Source: a virus. Taken from it: 64,000 bases of DNA. Both the position numbers and the translations under genes were made by a program. Positions within the stretch are counted from its first letter, which is position 1. The number at the start of each line of letters is the position of its first letter. Location of the stretch: the IMG/VR virus record IMGVR_UViG_3300021389_000005, positions 32,001 to 96,000 of that record. The stretch is one strand, 5' to 3'. The notes under the pieces are model-generated. The model searched no databases. It was not told the DNA's origin and saw only the letters and a program-made list of their open reading frames with translations. Of this stretch, positions 28,352 through 37,022 are shown piece after piece.

Positions 28352-28528
28352 ATGAAAAAAATCAAAGCAAAATTATTGACTTACTTATTCACTGATTGGG
28401 TAAAGTCAGAAACTGACGTTGAAACGTTGATCATGACAAGAAACATGATAGAGCAGCGTAAGAATAAAATAACTGGACATACTCCAGTTTTGGGTTTTAG
28501 AATGCATGGTACAACTAATATTAAATAA
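28352..28528 (+). CDS. Small early hypothetical protein
   Basis: In-frame ATG at 28352, downstream of the promoter (MKKIKAKLLTYLF...). Confidence 0.55.
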   Translation: MKKIKAKLLTYLFTDWVKSETDVETLIMTRNMIEQRKNKITGHTPVLGFRMHGTTNIK

Positions 28529-28529
28529 T

Positions 28530-28790
28530 ATGAACTATAAGAGATTTAACAGACACGATTGCTTTACGTCAGAAATGATGACAATGACAATGGACATTAT
28601 TAAAGCAACCGAAGACGATTCACTGAAAAACATGGCATACGGCCTCTTTGACGGTTATTTATATGATAATCTATTGCCTAAAGCAATCGAAGTTGGTGTA
28701 AGTAAAGAAATAGAAAACAAAATCAAAGGCCTAAAAAAAGCCATTGAGATGTATATTCAATTAACCGGTAATACAGTGACATATGTATAG
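28530..28790 (+). CDS. Small hypothetical protein
   Basis: In-frame ATG directly after the previous stop (MNYKRFNRH...). Confidence 0.6.
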   Translation: MNYKRFNRHDCFTSEMMTMTMDIIKATEDDSLKNMAYGLFDGYLYDNLLPKAIEVGVSKEIENKIKGLKKAIEMYIQLTGNTVTYV

Positions 28791-28947
28791 AACTACATTT
28801 TTTCTAAGAAGAGAAGACGAATATTCTCCAGAAATTATTTACGCAGTAAAACACTGCAAACGACCTGCTGCCACAAAGGCATATAAAAATCTTATCGGTA
28901 TGTTTAATCGAGGGGAAATAGCAGGATATGGTTGGAAACGAAACTAA
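28783..28947 (+). CDS. Small hypothetical protein (54 aa), not in the ORF track
   Basis: MYRTTFFLRREDEYSPEII...GYGWKRN; exactly fills the gap. Confidence 0.55.
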   Translation: MYRTTFFLRREDEYSPEIIYAVKHCKRPAATKAYKNLIGMFNRGEIAGYGWKRN

Positions 28948-28959
28948 AATCAATATAAC

Positions 28960-29262
28960 ATGAATACATTTGACAAAATTAAAATAGTTAAAGAAGCTGT
29001 ACAAAAATTCTTTGATGATAGTGCAGAACAATTTATACATGATAATGATATTATTTCATGGGAAGAAAATCATATCGTAACAACAGGTACCCAAATCATG
29101 TGTAAAAAATGGAATGTCAATGACATGGGAGGCGGATTTGTCCAATCAGTTATAGACAATGATTTAAGCAAAACAATGGCCTCAGCTGACAACATCAATA
29201 TGCACGCTGTCAGATTCTACTGTGCTATGATTTATAACGTATCTAAACCTAAACGTATATAA
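28960..29262 (+). CDS. Hypothetical protein
   Basis: GGGFVQSVIDNDL..A.A motif; 100 aa. Confidence 0.6.
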   Translation: MNTFDKIKIVKEAVQKFFDDSAEQFIHDNDIISWEENHIVTTGTQIMCKKWNVNDMGGGFVQSVIDNDLSKTMASADNINMHAVRFYCAMIYNVSKPKRI

Positions 29263-29328
29263 TGTTAGGAAACTAACGCTTTGCAGCCATCAGCGCGAGT
29301 GCAGCACTAAAAGAGTCGAATAAATAAT

Positions 29329-29356
29329 TAAACAAATTATACTTTGTGTGTATAAT
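29329..29356 (+). promoter_or_regulatory. TAAAC-N17-TATAAT promoter heading the DNA-modification operon
   Basis: One-mismatch variant of the GAAAC-N17-TATAAT motif. Confidence 0.55.
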
Positions 29357-29371
29357 AACTAAATAAATCAC

Positions 29372-29683
29372 ATGTCTAAAAATAAGAAATCAAACATTCT
29401 ATCTGAAGCTAACGACATCGTAAATAATCGTTCTGAAGAAAAATCACGCCAATATGGCCCATTCGAAGAAGGTATGAGACGCGCAGCAATGATATTCAAT
29501 GGTATGACCGGCCAAGACCTTAACGGTTCAGATATGTATGCTGCGTTAGTAGCTTTAAAGCTAAGCAGACATTCATACAACTATAAACAAGATAATTTAT
29601 TAGATGCAGTAGCTTACTTAGGTGCATTAGATAACTATGTAGATAAACATGGTTATAAAGAAAGCGAGGATCCATTAAAATAA
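29372..29683 (+). CDS. DUF6378-like all-alpha nucleotide pyrophosphohydrolase
   Basis: ILSEA..IV..R....YGP...LKLSR......DNLLDAVAY pattern. Confidence 0.7.
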   Translation: MSKNKKSNILSEANDIVNNRSEEKSRQYGPFEEGMRRAAMIFNGMTGQDLNGSDMYAALVALKLSRHSYNYKQDNLLDAVAYLGALDNYVDKHGYKESEDPLK

Positions 29684-29687
29684 AAGT

Positions 29688-30749
29688 ATGACAGAGTTAA
29701 CATTTTTTACAGAACAGGAAACCGATAAGTCGATTAAAGTCGGCATTTGTGCATTGGTTGGTAAAATTAGCCCAAAAATCTCATCACATAAAGGTGCGTG
29801 GGCCCATATGCTATTAAATCAATTGCAAAATGCTGGTTTTGAAAACGCAGAAGTAATCACATCTAATCAAACTGATTGGAACGACTATGACGCAATTCTT
29901 ATTGATCATGGTATGGAATTCAAAGGCACCTTCAATATATTTGGAGGATCTAATGATGATTTATATCACCAATTAATGAGGTTATTTACACCAGTCAAAA
30001 TGTATTCTTTACACCATGACATGCCAGATATTGGTAACTTAATTAAAACTAGACTTAAAGCCGGTACAGATTTATTTAAAACACTTGAATCTAGAATTGA
30101 AGAAGCTACAGAAATCTGTATGGAAATACAAAAGATTGATCATATTGAAAAAACTGAAAAATTATGTTTTGGTGATAGTCACTCTTTTGGAATGTATCAA
30201 GCAGGATATATGTGCCAAAGACACGATGGATTAACAATGCACGGTGCACTTAAGCGCGGTTTACAAAGCTATGTTTATCCATGGGTAAATGAACTTACAG
30301 TTTATATGGGTAATATCGATGTTCGACATCATCTAATGCGTCAGTCAAATCCAAGCGCTGCGGTTAAAGTACTTATAAAAAGATACGAAGAAGAACTTAT
30401 CGGATTAGGCATTAATAACATTGAAATTGTAAATGTTTTACCTATTGAAAACGAAAGTAGACCTTTACCAAAAACAGGGTACTATAAAGGAACACCTTTT
30501 GCTGGGACTTGGAATGAACGTACAGAATTAGTTAAAGAAATTAATACTGGAATAGAAGACATGGCACAAAGAAACAACTGGAAGGTTTATAAACACCCAG
30601 AAGTTTATTTTAACGCCAAAGGTGAATTAACTTTTGATGTAATGGAAAAACCTAAATCTGTACATATATCCAGAGAATATTATAGATGGAACATGGAAAA
30701 AAACGAAGCAAATAAAAATTTAATTAAACAAACACTATCTTTATTTTAA
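29688..30749 (+). CDS. SGNH/GDSL-like acyl hydrolase/transferase associated with DNA modification
   Basis: FGDSHS (block I), YMGNIDVRHH (block III-like), KSVH (block V-like); C-terminus QTLSLF. Confidence 0.55.
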   Translation: MTELTFFTEQETDKSIKVGICALVGKISPKISSHKGAWAHMLLNQLQNAGFENAEVITSNQTDWNDYDAILIDHGMEFKGTFNIFGGSNDDLYHQLMRLFTPVKMYSLHHDMPDIGNLIKTRLKAGTDLFKTLESRIEEATEICMEIQKIDHIEKTEKLCFGDSHSFGMYQAGYMCQRHDGLTMHGALKRGLQSYVYPWVNELTVYMGNIDVRHHLMRQSNPSAAVKVLIKRYEEELIGLGINNIEIVNVLPIENESRPLPKTGYYKGTPFAGTWNERTELVKEINTGIEDMAQRNNWKVYKHPEVYFNAKGELTFDVMEKPKSVHISREYYRWNMEKNEANKNLIKQTLSLF

Positions 30750-30898
30750 TGAAAGCAGACGAAAAATTCAACATAGAAATTACCTACAACGGATCAGGTA
30801 AAACCGAAACAATAGTAATAGAAACTAAAGACATCGAGTGGTCAATGACACAATTTCAAAGAAATAGACCATCGTTTAATTGGAAAATTATAGATTAA
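30749..30898 (+). CDS. Small hypothetical protein (49 aa), not in the ORF track
   Basis: TAATG-coupled start; MKADEKFNIEITY...TKDIEWSMTQFQRNR.. Confidence 0.55.
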   Translation: MKADEKFNIEITYNGSGKTETIVIETKDIEWSMTQFQRNRPSFNWKIID

Positions 30899-30899
30899 A

Positions 30900-31697
30900 A
30901 TGCAAATATCTCCAAATGAAATAGCTAGAATAGCACAAATAGCATTTGTTCTAGAACCTATAGCTAATAAACCTGGATTAACAACTAGATATGCCGATAG
31001 GAATAGAAACTTAAAGCTAGAAAACTTCCTAGTAGCTGGTATTAATACAGGAGATTCATTTAGAGAATTAGCAAAACGAGTTTACGAATCTAAAGATTTA
31101 CCAATAACGTATGATATTGCACTACAAGCTCAAAAAGATTCATTTAAAAATAGACAAGGTAGTAGACTTATATATGGCGGTATAATTAGTTTATTTCCAT
31201 TGATCATAACACAAACACATATCCGGTCAACTGATCCATATGCAATTCTAAGCAATGTAGAAGATGTATTAAAACAAACACACAGAGAAGATGCAGTACA
31301 TCTTCAAGAGTTAGAAAACTATGCTTATAGTTTTGGTATTAATCATAAACAATATATGTTTGAAGTAAAGGATGAATATGAAAATGTCTGGGATTATTTA
31401 GAAAAAGATTTGATATCAATAGGAGAAATAACACAAACACATTGGAAGGACAGAGCTAAAACAGGATCATCGAATAAAGAAATATTGAATGGATATCCTA
31501 TTGTAAAGGCCATGTTAGATATTTATTACAGTACTATAAAAAATAAAGAATGGCGAGGAATAAGTCAAACAACAGAAGAAATAGATTTCTTAATAAGAAG
31601 AGAATTTCCAAATGCACACATTCAGTGGTTAGCAGATCTACATGTATGTTTGATGTATTTGATCTTATGTCATGAAAATAAAGAATTTTTTGTATAA
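30900..31697 (+). CDS. Divergent CitG-like (triphosphoribosyl-transferase fold) protein
   Basis: IARIAQIAFVLE..NKPGL..R, ENFL, G.I.L.PL, T.REDAV and LAD match the archaeal-type CitG pattern; the NT(N/H) and NPG motifs are altered. Confidence 0.65.
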   Translation: MQISPNEIARIAQIAFVLEPIANKPGLTTRYADRNRNLKLENFLVAGINTGDSFRELAKRVYESKDLPITYDIALQAQKDSFKNRQGSRLIYGGIISLFPLIITQTHIRSTDPYAILSNVEDVLKQTHREDAVHLQELENYAYSFGINHKQYMFEVKDEYENVWDYLEKDLISIGEITQTHWKDRAKTGSSNKEILNGYPIVKAMLDIYYSTIKNKEWRGISQTTEEIDFLIRREFPNAHIQWLADLHVCLMYLILCHENKEFFV

Positions 31698-31709
31698 AAT
31701 AAAAAAGCA

Positions 31710-32918
31710 ATGAACATAACAACAACCAAATATTACGATGAATTCTTAAGATATTTTGAGCTAGCCAAAAAACAGCAAGATCTAAGTAATCTTGGTCATG
31801 TTCCACATGCAGAATCAAAACTAGATGACGAACTAATGCATCACATAGAATTATATGATGTAGTAGAACGTAAATATGCTGGATTTTCCCAAATAATCAA
31901 TGACTGTTTTTATGGTTGGAATTCAGATCATCCATATTGGTCAAGAATGGAAGCAGGATTATACACACCACAGCGAATGGAAGTGGCCACTAATTGGAAT
32001 TCTAAGAGAGACGAATTTGGCTTAGAAGAATGGCTTTACATCTTTATACTTCACAGAGTATGTGGATCTGCCATTAATTATGCTACTAAGCCTTCAGGAT
32101 ATCACAACACTATTTTATTTAATTTACACGAATGTGAAACTATAGAAGAAATGTGTGAAGTGATCAAACATCATCCTACACCCTTTTATACTTCAGTTGG
32201 TTATCAATTTCCAGCATTTCCAAAACCACCAAAACCAGAAGTTAATGAAGATTCATTCGTTGGCATGTCAGGTTTTACAAAACCAGAATATGTGTATAAA
32301 AGAGGTGGAGATTATTTCTTATGTGAATTTGCACCAAGAATGGCCAGAGACATGGCAAACTTCTTAAGAGAAGGTGGTAAAAAAGACTTAAGAGAATTGG
32401 GTGAATGGATGTTTAAGTGGAATGCAGATAATGGCTTAAGAGCTTATAGATTTCAATATGCTGCAGTTATTGCAGATGTTTGTGATTGGTACCCTGAATT
32501 TATGAATAGAGAATCAATGTTCTATTATGGTACTAACGCAGTGGAATGCATTGGCTATCTTGCAGATCCTGTAGAAAAGAAAGGTAAGAAGTCTGAAGAG
32601 TTTTTAGATGCAGTAATGACAAAGATTTATGAAGATACAGGCTCACTTCCGTATAATGCAGAAGATGTAGCATGTGACTTTATCAGATGGATAGAAAACT
32701 ATTTGAGACCTGGAAAAGATTATGCACATATAAACATGGACACTTTGTGGAATTCTTCTTCGATTATAGATCATCCATATGGTAGGCAAAAAGCTATGTT
32801 AGATTTAGGTTTAGTAGAAACATTCAATGACATGACTCAATTTCCATCAGACGACAAAGTATTACAAGGGGCAGGAGTCTCGGTTGAAGAGTATAAAAAA
32901 ATGGTAGCAAAAATATGA
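31710..32918 (+). CDS. Amino acid:DNA transferase-like protein (aGPT-Pplase, HhH-glycosylase fold), paralogue 1
   Basis: YDVVER, FQYAAVIAD, YGTNA..CI and AEDVACDFIRW correspond to the N-V-x-R, F..Q..D, GPGA and E..LCE..KY motifs. Confidence 0.65.
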   Translation: MNITTTKYYDEFLRYFELAKKQQDLSNLGHVPHAESKLDDELMHHIELYDVVERKYAGFSQIINDCFYGWNSDHPYWSRMEAGLYTPQRMEVATNWNSKRDEFGLEEWLYIFILHRVCGSAINYATKPSGYHNTILFNLHECETIEEMCEVIKHHPTPFYTSVGYQFPAFPKPPKPEVNEDSFVGMSGFTKPEYVYKRGGDYFLCEFAPRMARDMANFLREGGKKDLRELGEWMFKWNADNGLRAYRFQYAAVIADVCDWYPEFMNRESMFYYGTNAVECIGYLADPVEKKGKKSEEFLDAVMTKIYEDTGSLPYNAEDVACDFIRWIENYLRPGKDYAHINMDTLWNSSSIIDHPYGRQKAMLDLGLVETFNDMTQFPSDDKVLQGAGVSVEEYKKMVAKI

Positions 32919-34021
32919 GTGAAGAAGTAAAAGAAATCAAAAAAGAAATTAAGCAAGCACCCGATCAAGGTGTTTTGTTTACATTTGATGATGATATCAC
33001 ACAAGAGTACAGTAACATCACTTATGACGGAACTAATACAAATATAAAATTTAAGAAGAAGAAACCTGCAGAAAGTTGGATGAAAGACTGGTCAGAAGAA
33101 TTGAGATTAGCTAAATTCTTTGAATTCTGTCATGAGTTTGATAAGCGAGAAGATAGATTACTATTAGAAGATTATCAAATATTTTCCCATAGATTACACT
33201 GGCATGAACATCCTTATTGTTATATGATGCAACATGAGACAGATCTAGAAAAATTACTTTATTATACTATTGTGTTTTCATTCTCTAACGAACATTGGGG
33301 AACCATTACTAAATTAATTAATCAAGGTGAAGAAAAGACTAGAGCACATTTTGTAGAAAATAGACATGCTAGGAATGATTTATTTCAGATCTATTATCCT
33401 AAAGGTACAATAGTTAAAGATTGGTTAATTGAAGGACCTAAAAAAGCAGCTAAAGACATGGCTCATATTCTAGAAGATTTAGAAAGACCATACACAATGA
33501 TGGAGTTTGCTAAATTATTAGAAGCTTATTTTAAAGAACATCAAAACTTTAGATCACCTTTATATCCATGCAAAAACACAGCAAGATATGTAGCTATGAG
33601 TAGACCAGATCTTGTTGATCCTGAATCTATTTTATTCGGAGGTACTGGACATTTTGATGGTATGCAACAAATATTCGGTGGAGTTAATCTTAATGGTAAA
33701 GTAAAATATTCTATTGACTCAGATGGACAATTTATTGCAGAGAATAAACATGCTGAAGAATGGCTAAGACAAATGGATGTACTTGTAAATCATCCAAATA
33801 ATCCAATGGAAAGTCAAAAGTATTTAAACGTAGAAGATAAAACATGTTTCTTCTATAAACACATTGCAATTAGTCATGGCATAAAATCACCAACAAAAAG
33901 AATTCCATATACATGGATATTTGATGGTAAATTTAATTTAGCTAAGAATCCAGATAAAGAAATTAATGTTAACGCAGATACTACTCGACATTTATGGGGT
34001 AGAGATTATCCAAACGAATAA
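32915..34021 (+). CDS. Amino acid:DNA transferase-like protein (aGPT-Pplase), paralogue 2
   Basis: FF.F...FDKRE, FGGTGHFDG and NVEDKTCFFYK; ATGA-coupled to paralogue 1. Confidence 0.55.
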   Translation: MSEEVKEIKKEIKQAPDQGVLFTFDDDITQEYSNITYDGTNTNIKFKKKKPAESWMKDWSEELRLAKFFEFCHEFDKREDRLLLEDYQIFSHRLHWHEHPYCYMMQHETDLEKLLYYTIVFSFSNEHWGTITKLINQGEEKTRAHFVENRHARNDLFQIYYPKGTIVKDWLIEGPKKAAKDMAHILEDLERPYTMMEFAKLLEAYFKEHQNFRSPLYPCKNTARYVAMSRPDLVDPESILFGGTGHFDGMQQIFGGVNLNGKVKYSIDSDGQFIAENKHAEEWLRQMDVLVNHPNNPMESQKYLNVEDKTCFFYKHIAISHGIKSPTKRIPYTWIFDGKFNLAKNPDKEINVNADTTRHLWGRDYPNE

Positions 34022-34024
34022 AAT

Positions 34025-34921
34025 ATGGCACACGATAAACACACAACAAGTTCAATGAATCAAGATTTAAATCTTATGATGCCTAATAGACAGGCATGGT
34101 TAGATTTAGCAGGAGATTGGCAAGATCCACTAGATGATCCAATTATTGTGAATCATGAAGGATTTAATGTAGTAAGAGATGATATGATGGGCTTTGGATC
34201 TAAATGTAGATTTGGAGATATCTTAGTACAGAAAGCACCGACCGATACATTAGTATATGTACAACCTAGATTTGGATTCGCAGGAATTTCTCTTGCATAC
34301 TTAGCAAAAAAATATAATAAGAAATTAGTATTATTTATGCCATCTGGTAAAGTAATATCAGATCATCAAGCCATATGTATTGAAAGAGGTGCTATTGCTA
34401 AATTTAGAAGAATCGCAGCAATGCCTAATTTAAATAGAATTGCAAAACAATGGGCAGAAGATAACAACGCTACATTTATTCCACTAGGACTTAAACATGA
34501 ATTGGTAACTGCAGCTGCGGTAAAAGTTGCATATGATGTAGCAGAAAAACACGGATATCCGGAAGAAGTATGGTCAGCAATATCAACTGGAGTTTTACAA
34601 CGCTCTTTACAAATTGCATGGCCAGATGCTGAATTTAATGCAGTTGCAGTTTCTAGAAATATTCAGAACGGTGAATTGGGTAGAGCTAAAGTTTGGTCTC
34701 ATCCAAAGGCATTTGCATCAGATGTAAAACCAGAATTTGCCCCTCCGTTTCCATCAGCAATGAACTACGATGCAAAAGCTTGGGAATTTATGGTTAAGCA
34801 TGGAAATCAAGGAGCTTGGTTTTGGAATGTAGGTGGACAACCTTACCCAGAATCAGAAGAAACTAAAGAAAAAACAAATTCAAAAAGAGAATGGGGAGAA
34901 GTTTTAGAAATAGACAAATAA
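34025..34921 (+). CDS. PLP-dependent fold-type II (PALP) enzyme, probable decarboxylase/lyase acting on a DNA-linked amino acid
   Basis: VVRDD...GSKCR (PLP lysine), GFAGISLAYLA, STGV, YDAKAW, FWNVG. Confidence 0.8.
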   Translation: MAHDKHTTSSMNQDLNLMMPNRQAWLDLAGDWQDPLDDPIIVNHEGFNVVRDDMMGFGSKCRFGDILVQKAPTDTLVYVQPRFGFAGISLAYLAKKYNKKLVLFMPSGKVISDHQAICIERGAIAKFRRIAAMPNLNRIAKQWAEDNNATFIPLGLKHELVTAAAVKVAYDVAEKHGYPEEVWSAISTGVLQRSLQIAWPDAEFNAVAVSRNIQNGELGRAKVWSHPKAFASDVKPEFAPPFPSAMNYDAKAWEFMVKHGNQGAWFWNVGGQPYPESEETKEKTNSKREWGEVLEIDK

Positions 34922-34972
34922 AAACTGAAACTATCTCAAATAAGATCATAGGAATAATATACAAAAAAGAAC

Positions 34973-35437
34973 ATGGCGAACATAGACAACAAATGCGCAG
35001 ATCTTGATATTCAAGATTATCACAAAGATACCAAAGACACTTTTGGTTTACTCTTTGACAAACAAAAAGAATTACAAGCTAGATTAGGTTTTGACTTTAA
35101 AGGTTGGAGCATTAAAGAGATTGCAGATTTCTGGATGGTGAATAAACATGCAATGAGCGACGAGCTTAATGAAATGTTTGATGCACTTGGAGGAATTAAC
35201 GACGGAATCGGCAATGCAGGTTGGAAATATTGGAAAAAGGATAATGCTAAGACTCCTGAAATGAAAATTGAAGATCTTAGTGAAGAAGACAAATTAGAGT
35301 TATTTTATGAGTGGATTGACGGTCTTCATTTTTATATGAACTTTGCAATTTCAATTGGCATGACAAGTAAAGACATTGTTAACTTGTACATGGCAAAGAA
35401 CGCAGAGAATCACGACAGACAAGAACGAGGATATTAA
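34973..35437 (+). CDS. Dimeric all-alpha dUTPase/MazG-like NTP pyrophosphatase
   Basis: QKELQ, DELNE, WKYWK, EWIDGLHF, Y.AKN.EN..RQ.RGY. Confidence 0.85.
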   Translation: MANIDNKCADLDIQDYHKDTKDTFGLLFDKQKELQARLGFDFKGWSIKEIADFWMVNKHAMSDELNEMFDALGGINDGIGNAGWKYWKKDNAKTPEMKIEDLSEEDKLELFYEWIDGLHFYMNFAISIGMTSKDIVNLYMAKNAENHDRQERGY

Positions 35438-35458
35438 TCAACCAACACACTCAATCAT

Positions 35459-36862
35459 ATGCTATTAGATATAGAGCAAAAAGAAAACGAAGTCATAATC
35501 AGTTATTACGATAAAGAAGGCAAAGTATCATTTAAAAGATATTCTGTTAACAAATTTGAAAATTGGGTAGTTACTGAAGAAAAGGATCGTTGGAAAGATA
35601 TTAAATTTAGAAACTGGGATAATCGCCCAATTAAGAGATCTATCTCAAGAAGTTTTAATAAATTTAGTTTGCTCTATTTTATGGATTCTCTACCACAAAA
35701 GGATCAAGATGAAATCTTCGAATTTAATATGCCACGCACATACTTTGTGGATATTGAAACTGAAATTGTAGATGGTTTCCCAAAAGCAGAAGAAGCTAAA
35801 ACCAGAATTCTATCATTCTCTATCATTACACCTGAACGTAAAGCAATTGTTTTAGGTTTAGAAGATATGAGTTCAGATCAAATCAAAAAGATTGAAGATG
35901 ATACCAATGCTCATTTTAAAGATTATGATCAGGATTGGGAATTCAGTTATTACAAGTTTGATGACGAGTATAACATGGTATATACATTCTTACATAAGTT
36001 TTTACCTAAGTTCCCAATGATGACTGGTTGGAATTTCATCAACTATGACTGGCAGTATATAGTTAATAGGTGTAAAAGATTACAAATAGACCTGACTGAC
36101 GTGGCAATCACTGGATCTTTAGATAGAAACGATAGTAGACCATTACACATGGGAATATTAGATTATATGCAGCTATATGATAAATATGATAGATCAGTTG
36201 CTGTAAAAGAATCTAATTCATTAGACTTTGTATCTAGCGCAGTATTAGATGTTGCAAAGATTAAATACACTGGTGGTTTACAAGAACTATACGAAAATAA
36301 CTTCCAAAAATATATTTACTATAACGTGGTCGATTCATGTTTAGTATATTATATAGATAAACAACTTAGATCAATGGAAGTACTATTGACATTAGCAACT
36401 ATAACTAGAATGCCACTTTACAAAGCAGCATCTCCAGTGGCAGTAACAGAAGCGCTTATAGCTAGAAAGCTAATCGGTCAAAATAAAAAAATTGGAATGG
36501 AATGGAATAAAGAAGATGCAAAGAAAGACGGTAAATTTGAAGGAGCATTCGTTAAACAACCAATTGTAGGTTATTACTCTGGAGTTTCAGCGTTTGATTT
36601 TGCATCTCTATATCCATCAATTATGCGTCAATTTAATATATCTCCGGATGCATTTGTTGAACAAGTAAATGAAATGGATATTCCAGAAAGAAGAAAAGAT
36701 AAAGACGTAATCGTCTGTGAAAACGGAGTTGTTTATAAGAAAGAAGATAGTATTCTTAAAAAAATATTGGCAGATTTATATGGCCAACGTAAAGAATATA
36801 AAAAGACTTCTTATGAATATTATGAAAAAGCCCACGAACTAGAAAAAAAATTAAAGTCATAA
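35459..36862 (+). CDS. gp43A: DNA polymerase B, N-terminal subunit (exonuclease plus motif A)
   Basis: DIETE, GWN..YD, YNVVD, FEGAFV, FDFASLYPSIMRQFNISP; ends in the fingers (RKEYKK). Confidence 0.92.
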   Translation: MLLDIEQKENEVIISYYDKEGKVSFKRYSVNKFENWVVTEEKDRWKDIKFRNWDNRPIKRSISRSFNKFSLLYFMDSLPQKDQDEIFEFNMPRTYFVDIETEIVDGFPKAEEAKTRILSFSIITPERKAIVLGLEDMSSDQIKKIEDDTNAHFKDYDQDWEFSYYKFDDEYNMVYTFLHKFLPKFPMMTGWNFINYDWQYIVNRCKRLQIDLTDVAITGSLDRNDSRPLHMGILDYMQLYDKYDRSVAVKESNSLDFVSSAVLDVAKIKYTGGLQELYENNFQKYIYYNVVDSCLVYYIDKQLRSMEVLLTLATITRMPLYKAASPVAVTEALIARKLIGQNKKIGMEWNKEDAKKDGKFEGAFVKQPIVGYYSGVSAFDFASLYPSIMRQFNISPDAFVEQVNEMDIPERRKDKDVIVCENGVVYKKEDSILKKILADLYGQRKEYKKTSYEYYEKAHELEKKLKS

Positions 36863-37022
36863 ATTTAGAATCTCATGAATAATAAGCCGATATATAATAA
36901 CACTAGCAGCGCTGCTATTATTCTTACATACATCTAAATTATAGATTAGACTGGGTCTTAACTAAAGGCCCATTGTAGTCTCAACTGGATTCTGTAAAAA
37001 AACTAAACAAAATAATAGCAAT

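Noticed and set aside
34927-34958. GAAAC promoter upstream of the dUTPase-like gene
   Set aside because: GAAAC is present, but the -10 position reads TAGGAA; too weak to call.
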